Shown piece by piece: positions 46,979-55,396 of a DNA stretch of 55,396 nt. This stretch comes from Cytophagales bacterium (lineage in GTDB: Bacteria; Bacteroidota; Bacteroidia; Cytophagales; UBA9547). Position 1 is the stretch's first letter. Each line of letters begins with the position of its first letter. Where the stretch lies: positions 1-55,396 of the forward strand of contig JACMRH010000340.1 of the NCBI GenBank assembly GCA_014376535.1, read 5' to 3'. A program made the position numbers and the translations under genes. Below the pieces are notes generated by a model that was given only the letters and a program-made list of their open reading frames with translations, was not told the origin of the DNA and searched no databases.

Positions 46979-47006
46979 GGGACTGTGAAAGCAGTCCCTT
47001 TTTTTT
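46979..47006 (+). terminator. intrinsic terminator after the 34-aa ORF
   Basis: GGGACTG, loop TGAAAG, CAGTCCC (perfect 7 bp), then T8. Confidence 0.8.
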
Positions 47007-47051
47007 GTCCTTAAGATTGGTTCAGGAAAATTTCAACAATAATAGAGAAAC

Positions 47052-47087
47052 TATAAAAAGAAAATCCCCAGCTATTAACTGAGGATT
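47052..47087 (-). terminator. weak hairpin with U-rich tail downstream of sucD
   Basis: AATCCCCA/TGAGGATT (7 of 8 bp), 9-nt loop. On the minus strand it is followed by TTCTTTTTAT. Confidence 0.35.
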
Positions 47088-47125
47088 AGTATTTTTAAAA
47101 TATTTTTAAAGGAATTTGAGTTAAA

Positions 47126-47160
47126 AACTAACTCGAAACCCACAACTCTAAACTCTAAAC
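47126..47160 (-). repeat. heptad tract GTTTAGA GTTTAGA GTTGTGG GTTTCGA GTTAGTT (minus strand)
   Basis: Five in-phase GTT-led 7-mers that start at the last sense codon and the TAG stop codon of sucD. Confidence 0.7.
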
Positions 47161-48042
47161 TAATACCTTACCTAAAGCCTTAGCAACAGTATCACCAATA
47201 TTCGCTGGAGATTCTACAACGTGCAATCCGCACTCTCTCATTACTTTCATTTTAGCGGCAGCAGTATCATCAGCACCTCCAATAATTGCACCAGCATGGC
47301 CCATTCTACGGCCTGGAGGCGCAGTTTGTCCTGCAATAAATCCTATCACAGGCTTTTTGTTTCCTGTTTCTTTAATCCATCTTGCAGCATCAGTTTCATA
47401 AGTCCCACCTATTTCACCAATCATTACGATGGCATCAGTTTCATTATCTGCCATCAGAAGTTCTACAGCTTCTTTAGTAGAGGTTCCGATAATTGGATCA
47501 CCACCAATACCAATAGCAGTTGAAACACCTAGACCAGCTTTTACGATTTGGTCAGCTGCTTCATAAGTCAATGTACCGGATTTAGAAACAATACCAACTC
47601 TTCCTTTTTTAAAGATAAAACCTGGCATAATACCAACCTTTGCTTCATCTGGTGTAATTACACCAGGACAGTTTGGACCAATTAAAGTTACACCTGCTTT
47701 AGCACGAACATATTTTTTAGCATAAATCATGTCATTTACAGGAATGCCTTCTGTAATACAAATGATTACTTTAATACCAGCATCAGCCGCTTCCATAATA
47801 GCATCTGCAGCAAAAGCAGCAGGAACAAATATGATAGAAACATCAGCACCAGTTTCCTTAACCGCATCAGCAACAGTATTAAATACCGGCTGCTCCAAAT
47901 GTTGCGTTCCGCCTTTGCCGGGGGTAACACCACCTACAACATTGGTACCATACTCAAGCATTTGACTTGCATGGAAGCTTCCTTCCGAGCCTGTAAAACC
48001 TTGAACTATTACTTTAGAATTTTTATTTACTAATACGCTCAT
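47155..48042 (-). CDS. sucD: succinate--CoA ligase (ADP-forming) subunit alpha
   Basis: [28 protein letters not shown] (phosphohistidine loop). Confidence 0.95.
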   Translation of the reverse strand: MSVLVNKNSKVIVQGFTGSEGSFHASQMLEYGTNVVGGVTPGKGGTQHLEQPVFNTVADAVKETGADVSIIFVPAAFAADAIMEAADAGIKVIICITEGIPVNDMIYAKKYVRAKAGVTLIGPNCPGVITPDEAKVGIMPGFIFKKGRVGIVSKSGTLTYEAADQIVKAGLGVSTAIGIGGDPIIGTSTKEAVELLMADNETDAIVMIGEIGGTYETDAARWIKETGNKKPVIGFIAGQTAPPGRRMGHAGAIIGGADDTAAAKMKVMRECGLHVVESPANIGDTVAKALGKVLV

Positions 48043-48065
48043 TACAAATGGAGTTTTCTATGTTA

Positions 48066-48073
48066 CAAAAATA
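48066..48073 (-). promoter_or_regulatory. -7 box TATTTTTG for sucD
   Basis: Exact TAnnTTTG about 24 nt upstream of the sucD ATG. Confidence 0.4.
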
Positions 48074-48123
48074 GGGGAATATTCGGCGTGGGCAAATTTT
48101 AGTCAGTACTGCTAAATCAAATA

Positions 48124-48151
48124 AATCAGCCTTTCTTTAGAAAGGCTGATT
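48124..48151 (-). terminator. hairpin terminator of ilvC
   Basis: Perfect 12-bp stem AATCAGCCTTTC/GAAAGGCTGATT with loop TTTA, 11 nt after the ilvC stop. Confidence 0.6.
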
Positions 48152-48161
48152 GAAAAAGCTA

Positions 48162-49643
48162 CTAACCAATACTGATCGCTTTCATATCTCCCATTGCCTG
48201 GCGAAGTTCGGTACCAACTATTTCTATTGGATGATTTCTGATGATTTCATTTACTATAATGATGTCTTTGTTGTCAACACCATTATCTTTTCCTTCGTTA
48301 AAGTTTTTTCCGATTACATCTGTGTTTATTCCTTTCATAAAATCAGCTAGCAATGGTTTGCAGGCATGGTCAAATAAATAACAACCATATTCAGCAGTAT
48401 CAGAAATAACTCTGTTCATTTCAAATAATTTCTTGCGGGCAATTGTATTAGCTATTAATGGAGTTTCATGTAAAGACTCATAATAAGCAGAGTCTTCAAT
48501 TATACCAGCTTCAGTCATTGTTTCAAATGCTAATTCTACTCCGGCACGAACCATTGCAACCATTAACAAGCCGTTGTCATAATATTCCTGTTCGGCAATT
48601 TTTACATCAGAAGCCGTAGTTTTTTCGAAAGCAGTTTCACCTGTTGCAGCTCTCCATTTTAAAAGGTTTTTGTCCTCATTTGCCCAGTCTTCCATCATAG
48701 TTTTGGAAAACTCTCCACTCATGATGTCGTCCTGATGTTTTTGAAACAATGGACGCATTATCTCTTTCAGTTCTTCAGAAAGTTCAAAAGCTTTAATTTT
48801 AGCAGGATTTGATAATCTGTCCATCATAGCAGTTATTCCACCATGTTTCAAAGATTCTGTAATTACTTCCCAACCATATTGGATTAATTTAGCAGCATAA
48901 CCCTTGTCAATTCCTTTTTCAACCATTTTGTCGAAACACAGGATTGAACCTGTTTGTAACAAGCCGCAAAGTATAGTTTGCTCGCCCATTAGATCAGATT
49001 TTACTTCAGCAACAAAAGAAGATCCTAAAACACCAGCACGGTGCCCGCCTGTTCCAACACAATAAGCCTTTGCATAATCCCAACCTTTTTCTTCTGGGTC
49101 ATTTTCAGGATGAACCGCTATTAAAGTTGGTACACCAAAACCTCTTTTATATTCTTCACGAACTTCAGAACCTGGTGACTTTGGTGCAACCATAATCACA
49201 GTAATATCTTTACGGATCTGCATTCCTTCTTCTACGATATTAAAACCATGAGAATAAGAAAGTGTAGAACCCTTTTTCATCAAAGGCATGATGGCAGTCA
49301 CAACAGAAGTATGTTGTTTGTCTGGAGTAAGGTTAATAACTAAATCAGCTGATGGTATCAGTTCCTCATAAGTACCAACTTTAAAACCATTTTCTGTTGC
49401 ATTTTTGAACGATTGTCTTTTAGATTCAATTGCTTCTTTTCTTAAAGTATAAGATATATCAAGACCAGAATCGCGTAAGTTTAGTCCTTGGTTCAATCCT
49501 TGTGCTCCACATCCTACTATTACAATTTTTTTACCTTTCAAAGCATTTACACCATCTGTAAATTCGCTTTCGTCCATGAATTCACAAACGCCTAACTGGT
49601 CAAGTTTTTCTCTAAGAGATAAAGTGTTGAAATAATTGCTCAT
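48162..49643 (-). CDS. ilvC: ketol-acid reductoisomerase, class II (long form)
   Basis: [18 protein letters not shown]... matches the E. coli-type IlvC N-terminus; [12 protein letters not shown] Rossmann motif. Confidence 0.95.
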   Translation of the reverse strand: MSNYFNTLSLREKLDQLGVCEFMDESEFTDGVNALKGKKIVIVGCGAQGLNQGLNLRDSGLDISYTLRKEAIESKRQSFKNATENGFKVGTYEELIPSADLVINLTPDKQHTSVVTAIMPLMKKGSTLSYSHGFNIVEEGMQIRKDITVIMVAPKSPGSEVREEYKRGFGVPTLIAVHPENDPEEKGWDYAKAYCVGTGGHRAGVLGSSFVAEVKSDLMGEQTILCGLLQTGSILCFDKMVEKGIDKGYAAKLIQYGWEVITESLKHGGITAMMDRLSNPAKIKAFELSEELKEIMRPLFQKHQDDIMSGEFSKTMMEDWANEDKNLLKWRAATGETAFEKTTASDVKIAEQEYYDNGLLMVAMVRAGVELAFETMTEAGIIEDSAYYESLHETPLIANTIARKKLFEMNRVISDTAEYGCYLFDHACKPLLADFMKGINTDVIGKNFNEGKDNGVDNKDIIIVNEIIRNHPIEIVGTELRQAMGDMKAISIG

Positions 49644-49736
49644 TGTATTTTAAAATTAGAATTCTAGCTACAAAATTGGTTATTATTTTAATACTTAAAA
49701 TGTCTTTTAGTTTAAAAACTAGGTACTTTTTATGGA

Positions 49737-50711
49737 TTGAAGCAAATAAATTTTATCATTTATAATCTTAATACACTCATTAAGTGTTTGTTAATTATAT
49801 TTGTGTCTATAACTAATTTTAAATTGGCTAAAGAAAACAATAAAAGAATTCCAGTTTATGGAATAGATCGATTCAGTCGTGGGCCAAACAAGAAAATAGA
49901 ATACCAGGTAGAAATTTTTGATAATACTAGAAACTTCAAAGTCACTTATCCTCACCGCCACGATGATTTCTACGAAATCCTTTACATAACAAATGGAACT
50001 GGTTATTACACTATAGATCTGTATCCTTTTGAAATCTTTCCCGGGGCTGTATTTTTCCTGTCGCCAGGCCAGGTACATGAACTTGTGCTTTCGGATGATA
50101 TAAAAGGATATATTTTTCTCTTTAGCTCAACATTTTATCATTTCAATAAAAGCAATCCGTTTAAAATTTTTGAGCTCCCCTTTTTTTATACTATCTCTCC
50201 AAATTCCCCGCACTTAATTTTAAAATCTGATATTCAAAAAAACTTAGTTTCTGATTTGTTTCTGAAAGCTATTTCAGAGAGTGAAAATGAATTAATTGAA
50301 AAGGATGATGCTATAAGGGCTTTACTTGATTTAATCTTGATAAGTTGCAAAAGAATGTTTCAGGAGTTGCCTGAGGAAGGATCATTAAAAGGTTTAGTTT
50401 TGGTAAAAAGGTTTAAACAACTAATTGAATCTAATTGCAATCAAAACATGTCTGTAAAGGATTTTGCCGAATTGCTGAAAATTACGCCAAGTCATTTAAG
50501 TGAAACCGTAAAAAATATAACCGGTAGAACATCTACAGATTTAATAAATGATAGAACAATTATTGAAATCAAAAGAATGCTTTTACAAACGGATTTAAGT
50601 ATTTCTGAAATAGGATATAAACTCAATTTTTCTGACCAGTCTTATTTTTCAAAGTATTTTAAAAAGTTGACTGGAGTGACACCTCAACATTTCAGATCTG
50701 TAAAATTATAA
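49737..50711 (+). CDS. AraC-family transcriptional regulator (cupin-like N-terminal domain plus HTH)
   Basis: C-terminal double HTH (SVKDFAELLKITPSHLSETVK...GYKLNFSDQSYFSKYFKKLTGVTPQHFR). The start is uncertain: TTG at 49737, in-frame TTG at 49824, and no ATG near the N-terminus. Confidence 0.8.
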   Translation: MKQINFIIYNLNTLIKCLLIIFVSITNFKLAKENNKRIPVYGIDRFSRGPNKKIEYQVEIFDNTRNFKVTYPHRHDDFYEILYITNGTGYYTIDLYPFEIFPGAVFFLSPGQVHELVLSDDIKGYIFLFSSTFYHFNKSNPFKIFELPFFYTISPNSPHLILKSDIQKNLVSDLFLKAISESENELIEKDDAIRALLDLILISCKRMFQELPEEGSLKGLVLVKRFKQLIESNCNQNMSVKDFAELLKITPSHLSETVKNITGRTSTDLINDRTIIEIKRMLLQTDLSISEIGYKLNFSDQSYFSKYFKKLTGVTPQHFRSVKL

Positions 50712-50811
50712 TAAATAGCATGTTACAATTAAAAGGTTTAATAGGACGTTATTTGTAAATCACAAATCCTTTTCGCACTATTCTACGTAATTGAAAAGCT
50801 TAACTGTTATA

Positions 50812-52224
50812 ATGAGAATTAATGTTGTAAGGATTTTGCTCTGTTTTTCCATTGGCCTTACTTTACTATGTTCTTCCCTGATCTATTTTGCCCGTCAACA
50901 AAAGTCGGAAGATTTGATGTGGGTACTTCACACTCATGAAGTTATAGAAAATACGGTAACTCTATTAAGTTCTATACAAGATGCTGAAAACGGTCAAAGG
51001 GGTTATATTTTGACACAGAATATAGAGTTTTTAAAACCTTATTCAAATGCAATAAACCAAATCGATTCTCAATTAAAAAAGGTTAGACATTTAACTGTTG
51101 ACAATAAAAAGCAACAATTGAACCTTGATAGACTTGATACAGAAATAGCTTACAGAATGCGGCTCATTGATACAACTTTAAAATTAGAAGGTGCCAATCG
51201 AAATAAAGAGGCTATAGAATTTATAAAAAGAGGCAATGGTCGGATTTCTATGGATAGTATCAGAGCCATACTTAATCGGGTTTTAATTCAAGAAGACCAA
51301 CTACTTATTATAAGGAACGAAAACTTAAAGGAATCTGCTTTTTTTAGTTCTTTAATAAGTTTTTCCAGCTTGTTCTTTATTGGAAGTATGTCCGTTATCT
51401 CCCTCTTTGTAATAAGCAAAAAACAAAAGATCAACCGAAATCTTATTAAAGATTTAAGTACTTATAATCTAACACTTGAAAGCCAGATTAAACAAAGAAC
51501 AATTGATCTTGAAACTATCAATCAAAAATTGGTATTGTTAAATGAAGACAAAAACCAATTCCTGGGTATGGCGGCCCACGATTTAAAAAATCCAATTAAT
51601 ACCATAAAAGGTCTTATTAACATCCTTCAGATCACAGGTGAAACCAATCTCTCAGATGAGCAGAAGGAAATTTTAGATCATGTTAACAATTCCACTTCTA
51701 AGATGTCAAAGCTAATAAGTGATTTACTGGATATTAACAGGATAGATCAAGGAATGACTGATATTCAATTTGAACCAGAAAATCTATTGCAAATTGTTGA
51801 AGGGGTTATTTACGGATTTAAAGAAATTGCCGAACAGAAAGAAATAGGCATCACTTTACTTAATCTATTGACGAATAAAACACTATCTACTGATAAAAAT
51901 GCGTTGGTTAGAATTTTGGACAACTTGGTTTCCAATGCAATTAAATTTTCATCCAAAGGAAAAGACGTCCATATTAGTTTGTATAATAAAAATGGCCTGA
52001 CTTACATCTCAGTAAAAGACGAAGGTCCTGGAATTAAAGAAGAAGAAAAACATTTACTATTCGGTAAATTCAAAAAACTAAGCAACAGGCCAACTGAAGG
52101 TGAAAGTTCAACTGGCTTAGGACTTTCAATAGTAAAATCGCTGGTAGAAGCTATGAATGGATCTATAGAATATACCAGCGAAGTTGGAAAAGGCACAACT
52201 TTCACTCTAGTTTTTAAGAGTTAA
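50812..52224 (+). CDS. sensor histidine kinase with a CHASE3 extracytoplasmic domain
   Basis: CHASE3 signature (HTHEVIENT...DAENGQRGYILT), H-box AAHDLKNPI, HATPase G-boxes. I prefer the ATG at 50812. Confidence 0.8.
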   Translation: MRINVVRILLCFSIGLTLLCSSLIYFARQQKSEDLMWVLHTHEVIENTVTLLSSIQDAENGQRGYILTQNIEFLKPYSNAINQIDSQLKKVRHLTVDNKKQQLNLDRLDTEIAYRMRLIDTTLKLEGANRNKEAIEFIKRGNGRISMDSIRAILNRVLIQEDQLLIIRNENLKESAFFSSLISFSSLFFIGSMSVISLFVISKKQKINRNLIKDLSTYNLTLESQIKQRTIDLETINQKLVLLNEDKNQFLGMAAHDLKNPINTIKGLINILQITGETNLSDEQKEILDHVNNSTSKMSKLISDLLDINRIDQGMTDIQFEPENLLQIVEGVIYGFKEIAEQKEIGITLLNLLTNKTLSTDKNALVRILDNLVSNAIKFSSKGKDVHISLYNKNGLTYISVKDEGPGIKEEEKHLLFGKFKKLSNRPTEGESSTGLGLSIVKSLVEAMNGSIEYTSEVGKGTTFTLVFKS

Positions 52225-53565
52225 TTTACTATATTCTTCATAAAAGGCTTTTATGGTTTCTATTCCTTTAAAAAAATTGAATAACCCAAAACTCTCGTTT
52301 GGTGAATGAATGGCATCTTCATCCAGGCCAAATCCCATAAGTAAAGTATCAATTCCGAGAACCGTTTTAAACAAAGCCACAATCGGTATACTTCCACCAG
52401 ATCTTACCGGAATAGGAGTTTTATTCCAACATCTCTCAAATGCTTTTGAAGCGGCTTTGTAAGCTATGGTATCCGTTGATACGACTACTGGAACACCACC
52501 GTGGTGTGGTATAACTTTAACATTAACTGAAGTAGGAGCAATCGAAACAAAATAGTTGGTGAATAATTCAGTGATCTTTGCAGGGTCCTGATTTGGCACT
52601 AGCCTCATAGAAATTTTAGCAGAAGCTTTTGATGCAATTACTGTTTTAGCTCCTTCTCCTGTGTATCCGCCCCATATTCCATTTACATCTAATGTAGGGC
52701 GTATCGATGTGCGTTCAATTGTGGAATATCCTTCTTCACCTGATACATCCGCTAATTCCAAAGCTTTTTTGTAAACATTGATATCAAATGGAATTTTTCC
52801 TATTTCACTTCTTTGTTCACTACTTAGCTCTACAACCTCACTATAAAAACCAGGTATAGTTATTCTGTTTTGTCCATCATGGAGCTTTGCTATCATTTCA
52901 CAAAGTATGTTTATCGGATTCGGAACTGCTCCGCCATATAAACCCGAATGAAGATCACGGTTTGGACCAGTTACTTCAACTTCTAAATAAGATAACCCTC
53001 TTACTCCAATATCAATCGAAGGACAATCATTAGAAATTAATCCAGTATCAGAAATAAGAATAACATCCGCCTTTAATAACTCTTTGTTTTCAATTACAAA
53101 CAATTCAAGGTTGTTCGATCCTATTTCTTCCTCACCTTCTATAATGAGCTTTAAATTGCATTTCAAATTTCCTTCATTAATAATCTCCTGGATCGCTTTC
53201 ACATGCATATAAACCTGACCTTTATCGTCACATGCTCCCCGGGCATAAATTTTATCATTTTTAATAGTAGGTTCAAATGCTGGAGACGTCCAAAGTTCTA
53301 AAGGCTCGGGAGGCTGAACGTCGTAATGTCCATAAATAAGAACTGTCGGATAAGAGTCTTTTATTATGTGTTTACCAAACACAATTGGATTCCCTTTTGT
53401 TTCTCTGATTTCTACTGTTTCAATTCCTACATTCTCAAGACTTTTTTTTAGCCAATTAGCAGCTTCTCGACAATCAACTTTGTTTTCAGCCTTAGCCGAA
53501 ATTGAAGGGATTCTCAAAAAGTCAAACAACTCGTCTAAATATTGGTTCTGATTATGATTATACAT
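52207..53565 (-). CDS. M20-family metallo-dipeptidase
   Basis: YGHYDVQP, GACDDKGQ and EGEEEIGS metal-binding motifs. The 3' end overlaps the kinase gene by 18 nt (convergent). Confidence 0.85.
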   Translation of the reverse strand: MYNHNQNQYLDELFDFLRIPSISAKAENKVDCREAANWLKKSLENVGIETVEIRETKGNPIVFGKHIIKDSYPTVLIYGHYDVQPPEPLELWTSPAFEPTIKNDKIYARGACDDKGQVYMHVKAIQEIINEGNLKCNLKLIIEGEEEIGSNNLELFVIENKELLKADVILISDTGLISNDCPSIDIGVRGLSYLEVEVTGPNRDLHSGLYGGAVPNPINILCEMIAKLHDGQNRITIPGFYSEVVELSSEQRSEIGKIPFDINVYKKALELADVSGEEGYSTIERTSIRPTLDVNGIWGGYTGEGAKTVIASKASAKISMRLVPNQDPAKITELFTNYFVSIAPTSVNVKVIPHHGGVPVVVSTDTIAYKAASKAFERCWNKTPIPVRSGGSIPIVALFKTVLGIDTLLMGFGLDEDAIHSPNESFGLFNFFKGIETIKAFYEEYSKLTLKN

Positions 53566-53595
53566 TATCTAAAATTTAAAGCTAAAACTACTATT

Positions 53596-53603
53596 CAAAT
53601 TTA
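53596..53603 (-). promoter_or_regulatory. -7 box TAAATTTG for the dipeptidase gene
   Basis: Exact TAnnTTTG about 30 nt upstream of the ATG at 53565. Confidence 0.4.
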
Positions 53604-53694
53604 ATATTTCAATAACCCTTTTCATTGTTTGAATAGTAAATCAATTCATTTCCTAACTATATATTTGGTTTTATGCCTTCAGGTTTTTTCCTGC

Positions 53695-53702
53695 TATATT
53701 TG
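53695..53702 (+). promoter_or_regulatory. -7 box TATATTTG for the DUF4197-ppa operon
   Basis: Exact TAnnTTTG 18 nt upstream of the ATG at 53721. A second copy lies at 53660-53667. Confidence 0.4.
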
Positions 53703-53720
53703 CAAAAACTTATTGAAAAA

Positions 53721-54467
53721 ATGAAATATTTTGTTACAGTATTATTAATAGGCATTCATATATCACTATTTGCTCAGAAGAAGAAAAAAGCCAGCACGAC
53801 TACTAAACTGCCTTCTTCCATTATTAAACCTACACAAGGAATTTCAGGTGTTAATCCTTTATCAGAATCTGAAATTGCAAACGGATTAAGACAAGCTTTA
53901 AGTGTTGGAGCTAAAAATGCAGCTACTCAACTTAGTAATGTAGATGGATTTAATGGAAACAATTTAATTAGGATTCCTTTTCCACCAGAAGTCTCTCAGG
54001 TTTCAACTAAATTAAGAGAATTAGGTTTTGGGGCTAAAATTGACGAATTTGAAACTACATTAAATAGAGCTGCTGAGAAAGCTGCCACTGATGCTGCACC
54101 AATTTTTGTCAATGCCATAACACAAATGTCAATAACCGACGCGAAAAATATTCTAACTGGAAATAATTCAGCAGCAACTTCTTATCTGCAATCCAAAACT
54201 AGTGATGCGTTAATGACTACTTTTTCTCCAACAATTAAAAATGCATTAGGTAGCTCTCTGGCAACCTCAAAATGGACTGAAATTACCAGTATATATAATC
54301 GTATTCCTTTTATTACACCTGTTGAAACGGATTTAGTAAAATATACAACCACTAAAGCCTTGGCAGGCTTATTTGTTGTCGTTGCACAGGAAGAAAATAA
54401 AATAAGGGAAAATCCCACCGCCAGAGTCACGGATGTTTTACAAAAAGTTTTTGGAAGTGTTAAATAA
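53721..54467 (+). CDS. DUF4197-like exported protein
   Basis: Signal peptide [19 protein letters not shown]. The [25 protein letters not shown]...IRIPFPPE pattern recalls DUF4197. Confidence 0.65.
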   Translation: MKYFVTVLLIGIHISLFAQKKKKASTTTKLPSSIIKPTQGISGVNPLSESEIANGLRQALSVGAKNAATQLSNVDGFNGNNLIRIPFPPEVSQVSTKLRELGFGAKIDEFETTLNRAAEKAATDAAPIFVNAITQMSITDAKNILTGNNSAATSYLQSKTSDALMTTFSPTIKNALGSSLATSKWTEITSIYNRIPFITPVETDLVKYTTTKALAGLFVVVAQEENKIRENPTARVTDVLQKVFGSVK

Positions 54468-54472
54468 ACAAT

Positions 54473-55174
54473 ATGAATAGCGAGTATAAAGATCCTTTAT
54501 GGCATTTATTGAATTACAGGTATATGTCTCATCCTTGGCATGGAATTGCAATTGGCCCAAACGCCCCTGAAGTTGTTACAAGTTTAATTGAAATGACCCC
54601 TTATGATTCTTGTAAATACGAAATTGATAAGGATTCGGGGTTTTTAAAATTGGATCGTCCTCAAAAATATTCTAATGTATTTCCTGCATTATATGGATTT
54701 GTCCCTCAAACCTTCTGTGACACTAAGATTGCAGAATATTGTATGGAAAAGTCAGGTAGGACTGGGATAATAGGGGATGGTGACCCCCTTGATATTTGTG
54801 TGCTTACTGAAAGAAATATTACACATGGTAACATTTTGCTTAAAGCCATTCCTATAGGTGGTTTTAGAATGATTGATAAAGGTGAGGCTGATGATAAAAT
54901 TGTAGCGATTCTGGAAGGAGATGAAGTATTTTCAGCCTGGAAGGATATTGAAGACATCCCATCCTCGATGATTGAACGTCTTCGCCATTATTTCTTAACA
55001 TATAAAGATATTCCTGGGGCCACAAAACGAAAAATAGAAATCACTCACGTGTATGGTCGGGAAGAAGCCCTGGAAGTAACCCGTAGAAGTATGCAGGATT
55101 ATCAAAACAGGTTTGGTAGACTAGAAGAAGAGTTATCGTATATGCTTAGACTTTCCTCTACTGTTAAAGAATAG
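54473..55174 (+). CDS. ppa: inorganic diphosphatase, family I (long form)
   Basis: KYEIDKDSG, GDGDPLD, DKGEADDKIVA. About 55 aa longer than canonical family I enzymes, with an internal insert and a C-terminal extension. Confidence 0.8.
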   Translation: MNSEYKDPLWHLLNYRYMSHPWHGIAIGPNAPEVVTSLIEMTPYDSCKYEIDKDSGFLKLDRPQKYSNVFPALYGFVPQTFCDTKIAEYCMEKSGRTGIIGDGDPLDICVLTERNITHGNILLKAIPIGGFRMIDKGEADDKIVAILEGDEVFSAWKDIEDIPSSMIERLRHYFLTYKDIPGATKRKIEITHVYGREEALEVTRRSMQDYQNRFGRLEEELSYMLRLSSTVKE

Positions 55175-55193
55175 TAGATTTAAATCAAAGGTT

Positions 55194-55228
55194 AAAGCCC
55201 ATCCAATGTCACTGGATGGGCTTTTTTT
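55194..55228 (+). terminator. intrinsic terminator of ppa
   Basis: AAAGCCCATCCA, 7-nt loop, TGGATGGGCTTT, with a T7 run. Confidence 0.85.
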
Positions 55229-55345
55229 ATGGTTTAAAGGGGAAAATGTAGTCTTTCTAAAAAATATTTTTTTAGCAGGGACCTTCATTACCAAAGAGTT
55301 AAGTAATAGTTAATGGAAAAGGTATAAATATTTTGGGAGTAGGTA

Positions 55346-55375
55346 TTGCGGGGGGAGAAAAGTTGATTACCTTTG
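55346..55375 (+). promoter_or_regulatory. promoter (-33 TTG, -7 TACCTTTG) reading out of the window
   Basis: TTG at 55346-55348 and an exact TAnnTTTG at 55368-55375 with a 19-nt spacer. The target gene lies beyond nt 55396. Confidence 0.4.
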
Positions 55376-55396
55376 CATCCCCAATCGGAAGGAAAG

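Overview
This is an AT-rich chromosomal segment that looks like a Bacteroidota genome. Supporting signs are a dcw cluster (murE, a 69-aa ORF, mraY, murD, ftsW, fused murG-murC, ftsQ, ftsA, ftsZ) with no murF, many exact TAnnTTTG -7 promoter boxes, an archaeal-type ProRS, and an FtsZ ending in LHDNVD. About 50 protein genes are present and nearly all are housekeeping. They cover cell wall and division (dcw, mreD-mrdA, NlpC/P60), tRNA ligases (argS, proS, leuS), guaB, folC, ilvC, sucD, argB, queD, thiH, recJ and ppa. There are also isolated nuoB and nuoD genes, two orphan sensor kinases, AraC and LuxR regulators, a TolC-like protein and beta-barrel outer-membrane proteins. Accessory content is limited to two type II toxin-antitoxin pairs (HicB/HicA-like and HigB/HigA-like). 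I found no rRNA, tRNA, CRISPR array, transposase, integrase or obvious multi-gene defence island, so I cannot point to a convincing new multi-gene system. Five things stand out. (1) murG and murC form one 902-codon ORF joined by a low-complexity linker. (2) A tightly coupled 69-aa ORF sits between murE and mraY. (3) A family of GT-phased tandem repeats with a 7-nt period lies at gene ends and in spacers; it includes a roughly 27-bp hairpin between ftsA and ftsZ and an in-frame copy inside leuS. (4) An orphan promoter-ORF-terminator unit encodes a 34-aa hydrophobic peptide missing from the ORF track. (5) Several -7 boxes directly abut ATG codons, suggesting leaderless mRNAs. All product calls rest on motif recognition and synteny by eye; no database search was run.
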